A stretch of 62,127 nt of DNA, counting the filler, from Chiloscyllium plagiosum (Eukaryota): assembly GCF_004010195.1 (NCBI RefSeq). It is 3 parts of one record of this genome, joined end to end, with 100 filler letters (N's around TTAATTAATTAA, not from the genome) between each part and the next. Parts side by side here need not be neighbours in the genome. Positions count along the whole stretch, not along the records: positions 49,409 to 62,127 come from NC_057715.1; 2 more parts are not named here. One strand, 5' to 3'. Below, one piece after another: positions 52,140-62,127 of the stretch (position 1 is its first letter; each line of letters begins with the position of its first letter). The position numbers and the translations under genes are program-made. The notes below the pieces were generated by a model. The model was given only the letters and a program-made list of their open reading frames with translations. It was not told the origin of the DNA and did no database searches.

Positions 52140-53720
52140 GATGAAGATGGTTGGGCCTCGGGCACTACCCTGGAAATCTCTGCAGAGATGTCCTGGACTG
52201 ACCTCCAATAACTACAAGCATCTTCCTATGTGCCAGTATGACTCCAATGACCAGAGAGCTTGCCCCCGATACCCATTGATACCAGTTTTGCTAGGACTCC
52301 TTGATGCTACACTCAGTCGAGTGTAGCCTTGTCTTCGAAGGCTATGACTGACACGTCACCTCTGAAATTCAATTCTTTTGCCCATGTTTGAACCAAGGCT
52401 GTAATGAAATCAGGAGCTAAGTGACCCTGGCGGAATGCAAACTGCGCGTCACTGAGCAGGTTATTACTGAGCAGGTGCTGCTCGATAGCACGGTTGATGA
52501 CACTTTCCATCACTTTACTGATGGTTGAGAGTGTACTGATGGGGCAGTAATTGGCGGGGTTGGATCTGTCCTGCTTTTTGTGGCACAAGACATACCTGGG
52601 CAATTTTCCACATTGTCGGGTAGATGCTATTGTTGTAGCTAAGGGGGAGTGGCACGTTGTGGAGCACAAGTCTTTAGTACTATTGCAGTAATGTGGTCAC
52701 AGCCCATAGCCTTTGCAGTATCCAGTGTTTCCAATCATTTCTTGATATCACGTGGAGTGAACTTAATTGGCTGAAGACTGATACCTCTAATGCTGGGGAT
52801 CACTGGAGGAGGCTGAGATGGATCATCCACTTGGCACTTCTGGCTGAAGATTGCTGCAAATGCTTCAGCCTAAATTGTTTGCATTATGTGTTGAATACTT
52901 CCATCATGGAGGATAAGGATATTTGTGGGGCCTCCACCTCCAGTTATTTAAGTGTCCATTACCATTCATTTGCAAATATGACAGGATCTCAAAGCTTAGA
53001 TCTGATCCATTGGTTGTGGGATTGCTTAACTCTGTCTATCACTTGTTCCTTGTGCTGTTTCGAATGCAAGTAGTCCTGCTTGGGAGCTTCACCAGGTTGA
53101 CACCTCATTTTTAGGTACACCTGGTGCTGCTCCTCGCATGCCCTCCTGCACCCTCCGTTGAACCAGGGTGGATCCCTGGCTAGATGGCAATGGTTGATAT
53201 GCCGGGCCATGAGGTTATAGATTGTGCACTTATGCTGCACTGTCCGCACTTCACTTCAGCTCTCATGAAGAGTCATCTAGATTCAAAACATTAGCTTGCT
53301 CTCTCCCTCCATGGATGGAGTCTGATCTGCTGTGATCTTCAACATTTGTTGTTTTCAGCATAGATTCCAACATCTGCAGTAATTTGCTCCTCCATCCTGA
53401 CTATATCTCTGTGTACCACCTCCGCTGGTCTGTCTTGCTGGTGGGATGTGCCATATCCTGGGATGCTGATGGTGCTGTCTCGGACACTGGCTAACAGGTA
53501 TGACTATGTCAGGCTGAAAACAAAAGTAGAAATTGCTGGAAAAGCTCAGTAGGTCTGGTGGCATCTATGGAGAGAAATTAGAGTTAACGTTTCAGGTCCA
53601 TGCTGTCTGTGAGACAGCTCTCCTAATTTTGGCACTCACCCCCAGATGTTAATTAGAAAGACTTTGCAGGGTCGGCAGGGCTGTTTCTGCTGTTGTCGTT
53701 TCTTGTGCTTAGGTCAGTGC
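52140..53720 (-). mobile_element. second LINE family ORF2 fragment (ERV target), with small Penelope relics inside
   Basis: Translates HKKQDRSNPANYCPISTLSTISKVMES...SDAQFAFRQGH and PPWFNGGCRRA. Confidence 0.8.
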
Positions 53721-54029
53721 CATATGGTCCACCCCATTTAATTTCTTTGTTGAGAATTAATCTGACTGAGTGGCTTGCTGGGCCATTTCAGAGGACAGTT
53801 GAAAGTTAACCACATTGCTGTGGGTCTGGAGTCACATGTAGGCCAGACCAGATGTGGATGCAAGATTTCCTTCTCTGATGGTTTCATGGTCATTTGTAGA
53901 TGCTGAATTCAAATGTCATACATGCTCTGCCAAGATTTGAATCCAGGCCTCCAGGATATTAGCTGAGTTCCTTCATTAACAATCTAGTGATAATACCACT
54001 AGGCCACTCCCACTCCCTCTCTGCCAGAT

Positions 54030-55640
54030 CCCTGTTGATCCAGTCACAGAGATACCATCTGGATGTAATGTACAAGTGAGGGAAGCAGGTGTACATTGTA
54101 GACATGCTGTTGAGATCAGCAGTTCTGATTAAGAAATCACAGGGTGCCACCACAGAATGTGAAGTTTTCCAGATTCAATATGAAGCAGCAGTTTGTTATG
54201 TTCTAGAAATTTTCAACCCAGTAGAAATATTGAAGATATCAGCTACGAGCCTTCCTCAAGTCAAGCAAACTACCCAAAAAGATGTTGCAAATGTTTAATG
54301 ATGTAATGACAAAAGGGTGGCCTGAAAGCATTAAGAACTTGCTTGTTTTTATAAGGGCATATTGGGCATATCAGAAATGAAGCAACAGCCCAAGATAGCA
54401 TATTGTAGAGAGGAAATAGAGTTATAATCCCGAAGGATTTGCAAACAGTGGTGCTAAAGTGCATCCATGCAAGCTGCCAAGGAATTGAGTCAAGTCTGAG
54501 AGAGGTAAGAGATGTACTCTCCTGGTCAAATAGGAGACACATCCCAGAAAGGCAATCGATGAAACTGAGAATAAACCTCTTCACTCTCTTAAGAGCTAAT
54601 TATCTTGCCAATGCAGACTCCTATTCTGACTATTCTGGAGGTGGACTGCCTAGCTTTTGCCTAGCTACTGCTGAAACAGTCAAATTTCCTAAAGCAAACT
54701 TAAACTCTTATGGCATTCCTGATGCTGTGATGAGTGACCATAGATAGGAATAAAGAATTCAATTGCTTCTTAAAGGATTGGGAATTCAACATTGTACATC
54801 ATATCCACACTATCCCCAGTTAAATGGAAAGGCTGAAATGGCAGTAAGAACCACCAGAGAAATCACAATGAAATAGAGCAAACTCTACACCAATGTATAT
54901 AAGGCAATCCTCAAGTGGAGAAACACACCTACTGAAGACATGGAAAGCAGTCAAGTCCAAAGCCGAATGTTTTGCCATACCCAAACCATACTTCCAAAAC
55001 CAAAAAAGCTACTGATGCCAAACTAGTGAACAGATCTGCATAAGCTCTATATGGAAACTAACAGCCAGATATATTGTTGCAAATGCAGGCAACTGGAGAT
55101 GTTGTTCTTCAGGTGCAGGCAGCTAATCATGGAGGTACACAGTTATCACTTGTGCAGACCACTGACCAACCATCAGACTGAGATGTTCACAGTTATGTAA
55201 CACTAGAAAAGGGACAACAACAGGCACCAGGGTGACAATAAGTGACATAGGATGGCAACCCCGATGGAGGACCATCACTTAGCTGAACAGACAACCGCAA
55301 GTGTAAGTGCCATTAAGAGACTAGCGTAATTTAAGGATTAAGGGTGAATACATATGTAGAGACTGATGAAAATAGATTAGAACAACAATGTGTATTTTGT
55401 GTAATTTGTGTTGCTCAAAATGTACATGATAATGGATCTTTTTTTTAATTGAATGGTGGATGTTTGGATTGAAGTGCAATCATATACAAATGTCCTTCCT
55501 AGTCTGCCATAGTTATTTAACCTCTATGAATAGGCACACAGCCTATGCGTATCTTACACAGCCATCTTACATGCACTTTAATAAAGAATCCATTCTAACC
55601 AGACTGCTATCTGTTGGACTCAGAACAAATAGTAATATGA
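54030..55640 (+). mobile_element. decayed Ty3/Gypsy retrotransposon (RNase H end, integrase, probable 3' LTR about 55461-55640)
   Basis: Translates QRYHLDVMYK.GKQVYIVDMLLR, GWPE, RGNRVIIPK...IHASCQGIESSLR, YGIPDAVMSD, PHYPQLNGKAE and WRNTP, with many stops and frameshifts. Confidence 0.82.
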
Positions 55641-56486
55641 CTTCTTTACAGTTGTAATCCTTGCTTTTACCCTCCTTGTAACTAAAGCTAACATCTGGCT
55701 TGCCTGCCTAAATACTTGCCGTACCTGCATGTTAACTTATTGTGATGATGTAAAAGAATACCCGTGACCCTTTGAAAGCAAACATCGAGATGCTATTGTC
55801 AAGCAAGTCTGTGGCGTTGTCTTAACTTTAATGAAAAGGAGAGGCATTGGTTCAATACTTGACCTCCTCATTGATATAAAAGCTTGAAATGAAGATGACC
55901 AGTGGTCCTCAAAGCTCATCAGCAGCATCGAATGCCTGGAGCCTTGATGTGCTGCTGAAAGCCAAAGCTAGATTCTTGAAAATACAACATTGATCGACCA
56001 GCTTTAGAACTGCCACAACATTCTTTGATACCAGAGACATCGGGTCTTATTTTAACAGTACCAGGCTGGCAGTAGCTGGCCTAAAGTCTAATGGAGTTGT
56101 GGAAAGAAGTTAAACTAATGGAAGTCTGTAATTTGCTTTATAGCTGGGGCCTTGTAACTGTATCACATTATTCACCAGCTCCTTTGGGTAGGCAAGTGGG
56201 ATACCTGTGGGGAGGAAGTGGAGAACATGTTTTAAATATGAAGATGGTGCTCATCAGGACCTGGCCTGGAATTTTACATGGAGCCATGAGTCAGAGAGGA
56301 GGACAATATTCATAGATTCAGACAGCACAGCAAAGGCCCTTCAGACCAAAGTGTCTGCACTGGCATCATTAAAAATATGCTAATTCTATTTTCTTGCACT
56401 TGCTCCATATCCTCAAATGTTATGATATTTGAAGTGCTCTTCCAAATATTTTTTCAAGGTTAGAAACAAAAATAGTAGTGGCTGGA

Positions 56487-56528
56487 AAAGTTAACGTTTC
56501 GGGTTGCGTGACCCTTCCTCAGAACTTT
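56487..56528 (-). ncRNA. minimal type I hammerhead ribozyme motif
   Basis: Reverse complement is AAAGUU-CUGAGGA-A-GGGU CACGCA ACCC-GAAA-CG-UU-AACUUU: 6-bp stem I, 4-bp stem II and palindromic stem III. Confidence 0.7.
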
Positions 56529-58669
56529 GCAGTTTTTAAAGGGTGGGAGAAAGTGAGGACCGCAGATGCTGGAGATCAGAGTCAAAAAGTACGGTGCTGG
56601 AAAAGCACAGCCGGTCAGGCAGCATACAAAAATTACCCGAAAATTATGCCCTCTCATGATTAACCCCCCCCCCCCAACCAAGAGGAACAGCTGCTCTCTA
56701 TTTACCCATTCCACATCTCTCATAACCTTATACACCTCAATTATGTCCACCCTCAGTCTTCTCTGCTTTACAGAAAGTAATATAAACCTACCTAGTCCCT
56801 CCTTATAGCACTATGTCTCCATCCTAGGAAACATCCTTGTGGGAAATAGATCTTGGATCAGAAGAGGCTCAGAGAGTGAATTTTACTTGGGTCTTTTGGG
56901 GCAGGAATATCACTTTTCAATTAACATCAGAACCATTAGCTCCCTTGTGTTCTCTCCTCAGATATAGCTGACCTGTTGAGCATTCCCAAAATATTCTGAA
57001 CATTTGTGTTTCATCTAATATTTCTCACGTTTACTTTTTGTACAAAATGCTATTTTTAGAAAATGTTCGCACAGAAGAATTTTCAATTAAAGTTTGTCTA
57101 AAAATAACATCTTTTACAATCTTTTTTAGAAATTAATTCATAAAGATAACATATTAACAATTTCTTAAAGTGCTGCAAGGAAACAAAAATAACAAAGCAA
57201 AATATTGCAGATGCTGATAATCTGCCATAAATTCAAAAAGTGCTCCAAGTATTCATTGTCAGACAGCTTCAAAGTTATCCTTTTGGATCAATGATGTTTC
57301 ACCAGTCCTGGCTTTATATTGCTTAATAGGCTTGGAACTAACATTAATCTAGTGACAAATATAACATATGACTAGGACATGAAATAAGCAATCAGTTTTA
57401 AAAAAATGACCATTGTTCATTATTTTCCTGTCTGTTTTTGTCAATATGTTTTTTTTCCAGATGAGGTTTTAATTTAAAACGGTTGTTTAAGTTATTACTT
57501 CGAAATTGCCGGTCGATCATAGATGGAGAAAAAAATGAATAAGATGCAAATTACTAGGAAAAAGCAAATCAATCAAAAAGTCATTGACAAAAATTGAATT
57601 AAAGTAAAGTTACATGTAAATTCTTTAGTTTTCCATTTCCTGCTTAGATTGAATAGAGTGCTGTAAAAACAAATGCACTCTGCATTATATTTCCATCTTC
57701 ACATTGCAATATTCCTCATCTGTTCCTTCTATTGAAAACAACAGCTCCGAATTTGTTGCGGATGGTAAGAGTTTTGTGACACACATTGTTGCTGATGTAT
57801 AAATTTTCAAGTAACTTGTGTTGATGAAGAAATTCTCTGTGAGTTGTCTATGCCACACATTTTGTGGGACAAGTTGCTTTCTTTTATCATTATCCTTAAT
57901 AAAAACAGCATCTCATCCTCGATCTCCCTGTGAGTTTCAAGAAATTGTTTGGTTGCTCAAATACCTACCCAGTCAGCTTGCTGCAGAAAGTTATGGCTTG
58001 ATTTAACATTGTATGGACCCTTTAATGCCGACATTTTCATTTCTGCAATGCTAATCAATCTCATCACCCCAGTTAAGGGAGAAATTGAATCAGTGGAATT
58101 GCATTCTCACAGGTAGGAAATAATTCCCAGAGAATTTCTAGGATTTAAATTTTGTTATTGTTTCCTTGTCTTTTCCTTGATGTCTCTTTTTTCACTCTCT
58201 CTTCCAATCCACTTTTTCTTTCTCTCACTCTATTTCTCTTTCAGGGTCCAATTTGATTTGAATTCACATAAGTTCCTTCTCTGTTATTTGTCTGTTTAGT
58301 TCTCATCCTTAAATTTTACTGCTGAAGGAGTTAGCCTGTTAGTTTTGTTACTCACTGAGGCCCATAATATCCCATTGTTCTGGCCGTACCAATAACAACT
58401 CATACTTACGACAAGTTATGGTGCAAATAGTTTTTGAGCTGAAGAGCACAGAGAAAAAAAACATTTGATCTTAGACATGATACCTGATCCCACAAGCAGC
58501 ATCCACACCACAGTGTTTGATAGGTTGGTGAAATGACACATCAAAAGATTGCCAGTGAAAATCATTGTCAAATACTTATGACCAACAGGGAGAAAAAAGC
58601 TGAAAATTAGGGGCCCTCAGTAAAAAACATATTAAAAATCAATCAGAAATTCAATGGAAACTTCTTTAT

Positions 58670-59430
58670 CTGAATCCCCCATCAATAAAATCATGGAGGT
58701 TGACCCTGACTAGAAACTGAAATAATCTCTCTACATAAATACAGTGGCTACAAGAGGTCAGAGGTTAGGAATGCTGCAGTGAGAACTCACTTGCTGGCTC
58801 TCCAAAACCTGTCAACTATTTACAAAGAATAAGTCAGGAGTGTGATGGAATACTTCCTGCTTACCTAGATGAGTGTAAGTCCATCAACATTCAAGAAGCT
58901 TGACACCATCCAGGACAAGAAGAAAGTGAGGACAGCAGATGCTGGAGATCAGAGTCGAGAGTGTGGTACTGGAAAAGCACAGCCAGTCAGGCAGCATCCA
59001 AGCAGCAGGAGTATCGACCTTTCAGGCATAAACCCTCAATCCAGGTCAGGTTAGTCCACTTGACTTGCACCACATCCACAATCAGTCATTAGATGCACTA
59101 CAGAAATTGACGAAAGATCCTTAGTCAAACTCACAACCAATTCATTTTAGAGGGAAAAGGGAATTAGATGGTTAGGAATGCCACCAACTGCAAGTTCCCC
59201 CTCAAGCCGCTCAATATCCTGACTTAGAACTATATCACCATTCTTTCACTGTCACTCAGTCAAAATCCTGAAATTCCCTATTGGATAATATAAGGGCATT
59301 GTGGATCTACCTACAACACAAGCACGGCAGTGGTTCACGACAGCAGCTCACCACCACTTCTCAAAGGCAACTAGGGATGGACAATAAACACTGGCCCAGT
59401 CAGCAAAGCCCACATCCCATGAGTGAATTT
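58670..59430 (+). mobile_element. second LINE family 3' portion, interrupted by a Penelope pLTR insert (about 58920-59038)
   Basis: Translates FKKLDTIQDK. ATCCAGG is duplicated around the insert. Tail AAGGCAACTAGGGATGGACAATAAA. Confidence 0.72.
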
Positions 59431-59554
59431 TAAAAAATCCTGGCAGTGGTGAGGGAGGAGCGGATTTGGAACTTGTGCCAGAAGGCATGCTTGAGGTGAA
59501 TGGCATAGATGCGCTTAACTGTAAGTGAGGTGACCACATGAGAAAGAGGGTAGG

Positions 59555-59862
59555 TGATGGCCTAGTGGTATTATCACTTGAATTATAATCAAGAAGCCTG
59601 GGTAATGTTCTGGGGAATTCAATCATAATCTATCAATCATAATCATATATAAGAGTCTAATGGAAACCATTGTTGATCATTAGGAAAAACCTGGTTCACT
59701 GATGTCCTCTGGGAACTAAATCTGTCATCCTTCCCTAGCCTGGCCTATATGTGACTCCAGACCCACGTCAATGTGGTTGATTCTTAACTGCCCTCAAGGC
59801 AATCAGGGATGGACAATAGATGCTGGCCTAGCCAGTGATGCCCACATCCTCTGAATGAATAA
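59555..59862 (+). mobile_element. tRNA-headed SINE sharing its 3' tail with the second LINE family
   Basis: Head GATGGCCTAGTGGTATTATCACT and tail GGCAATCAGGGATGGACAATAGATGCTGGCCTAGCCAGTGATGCCCACATCC. A reverse copy lies at about 53770-54005. Confidence 0.65.
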
Positions 59863-61034
59863 ATAGAAGAAAGTTTTAGAAGGATGTATTGCTAATTGAG
59901 AAAAATATAGATGAAAACAAATCGAGGAGATTCCTGGAAAGCATGATTACCAGCAGGGAACAGTTGGCCTGAATAATTTTTGTGTTGTAAGTTATTTTTT
60001 TGATGAGTTGAGTGATTGTGTGCAGAATAAGTTAATTTACATGATTTACTCACCATTGCTTTTATATGGTGAGTCCAGTTCAATTTCAGGTCAACAATAA
60101 TGCCCATAATGTTGCTAATGGGATTCAGGTAAAGATTTTTCCACTGAATTTTCTATTTATTGCAGGGTTTACTGAGAAATGCAACTCTAAATATTCAACT
60201 AATCACTTCTAAGTCATAACTTGTGAGGAGTAGAAACACTAACGAGAAATAGTGTACTCACCAGCTCACTCGAACCTCTCAATCATGCTGCTTTAATTTA
60301 TTTGATAGACAAGCAGGAGGCTGAAAGAACACAGCAAGCCAGTTAACATCAGGACGTGGAGAAGTCAATGTGCCGGGTGCAAACCTTTTCAGACAAACAT
60401 TGGCTTCTCCACCTCCTGAAGGTGCCTGGCTTGTTATTCCAGCCTCGTGCCTGTCTACCTTGGAATCCAGCATCTGCAGTTTTTTTGGCTTTAGTTTATT
60501 TGACTGCTAAGAATCCATTCTGAATTTTCACCTCCAGCATCTTATGCTTATATCTTCTCACTATGTTTATTTGGCAGACTCTGTCAAACATTCTATCCAC
60601 ATAAAAACCCATGGTACCCACACTGTCCTTCTGCCAATAGTTGCTGATGAAAATGTGAAAGATGCATGAGCTGCATTCCCAAATCAATGCCCATTTTCTT
60701 TTATCATAGCCAGTTCAGATAAATGTGTCTTGCATAATGATTTCCAATAATTTCTCTACAGTAGGATTTAGGCTATCATGACCTGTTCAAGCTATTTTTG
60801 TTTTAAATTTAAGGGGAAATCATTACTTTATATGACCTGGTTGTCTGAGAAATTAGAATCAATTTGAAATAAGTCAATTTTCTGCTGTGATCATTTTGAT
60901 TATTGTGATTACCCTTACAAGGCCCATGAGGAATCACTAATTAACCTCCTCATGAAGCTAGATGACGATGTGTTTCCTTGGTTATAGGCAATGACTTGCC
61001 ACTGGAGCTCATCACCCCTGTCCTTTATAAGGCA

Positions 61035-61146
61035 TACATGTGGCGCAGTGGTAGTGTCTCTACTCCCAGACCAGTAAGCTCTGCTTCAAGTCCCACCTGC
61101 TCCAGAGGTGTGCAATAACATCTATGAACAGGCTGAATAGAAAAAT
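61035..61146 (+). mobile_element. short tRNA-derived SINE
   Basis: TGGCGCAGTGGTAG A-box and TTCAAGTCCC B-box. Same family as the copy at 2915. Confidence 0.6.
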
Positions 61147-61149
61147 AGG

Positions 61150-62127
61150 TCAGAACATAGAACAATTCAGCACAGAACAGGCCCTTCAGCCCTCGATGTT
61201 GTGCCGACCTGATAACTATTCTCAGCTTGTCCCCGTACACTATCCCAAAATCTTCCATGCGCTTATCTAAGGATTGTTTAAATCTCCCTAATGTGGCTGA
61301 GTTGATTACTTTAGCAAGTAGGCAATCCACGCCCTTACCACTCTCTGCATAAAGAACCAGCCTTAGACATCTATTAGCCCTCAATTTGTAGTTATGCCCC
61401 CATGTACAAGTTGACGTCATCATCCTAGGAAAAAGACTTTCACTGTCTACCCTATCTAATCCTCTGATCATCTTGTATGTCTCTATCAAATCCTCTCTTA
61501 GACTTCTTCTTTCCAATGAGAACAGACCCAAGTCTCTCAGCCTTTCCACATAAGACTTTTCCTCCAGACCCGTCAACATCGTGATAAATCTCCTCTGCAC
61601 CTTTTCCAATGCTTCCACATCCTTCCCGAAATATGGGGACCAGAACTGCACACAATATTCCACGTGTGGCCGCACTAACATTTTGTATAGTTGCATCATG
61701 ACATTGTGGCTCCGGAACTCAATCCCTCTACGAATGAAACCTAACACACCGTATGCCTTCTTAACAGCACTATCTACTTGGGTGGCAACTTTCAGGGATC
61801 TATATACATGGACTCCAAGATCCCTCTGCACATCCACACTCCCAAGAATCTTTCCATCAACCCAGTACTCTGCCTTCCTGTTATTCTTCCCAAAGTGCAT
61901 CACCTCACATTTAGCTGCATTGAACTCCATTTGCCACCTCTCAGCCTAATTCTGCAGTTTATCCAAGTCCCCCTGCAACCTGTAACATTCTTCTAAAGTG
62001 TCTACTACTCTATCGACTTTAGTGCCATCTGCAAATTTACGAATCCATCCACCTATGCCTGCGTCTAAGTCATTTATAAAAATGACAAACAGCAGTGGTC
62101 CCAAAACAAATCCTTGTGGCACACCAC
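61150..62127 (-). mobile_element. CR1 LINE, different subfamily, ORF2 C-terminal part
   Basis: Translates MEFNAAKCEVMHFG...LYKMLVRPHVEYCVQFWSP. AGAACATAGAAC tail. Runs off the window end. Confidence 0.92.

Noticed and set aside
61025..61930. 301-aa ORF as a host gene
   Set aside because: It is CR1 ORF2 C-terminal sequence reading through into the tail and a SINE.

Overview
This is repeat-dense vertebrate DNA, almost certainly shark/elasmobranch, judged from HE1 V-SINEs, HER1/CR1 LINEs, DeuSINE relics and Penelope elements. It is not one contig: two identical 100-bp pads (N44-TTAATTAATTAA-N44) at 18615-18714 and 49309-49408 join three segments. Segment 1 (1-18614) carries the last four coding exons, on the minus strand, of a protein S/GAS6/SHBG-family LamG gene. 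All splice sites are GT-AG and in phase, and the gene lies among 33-bp minisatellite arrays. Segment 2 (18715-49308) is mostly nested retroelements with no recognisable host CDS. Segment 3 (49409-62127) begins with the 5' part of a young-looking endogenous retrovirus on the minus strand: LTR, tRNA-Pro-like PBS, splice donor, long leader, and gag with MG start, PSAP and MHR. A decayed Gypsy element follows. Throughout the window are short Penelope-derived insertions carrying minimal type I hammerhead ribozyme motifs. Several are fold-back structures, and many have 8-14 bp target-site duplications. Boundaries of old repeats are approximate, and family names come from motif recognition, not database searches.
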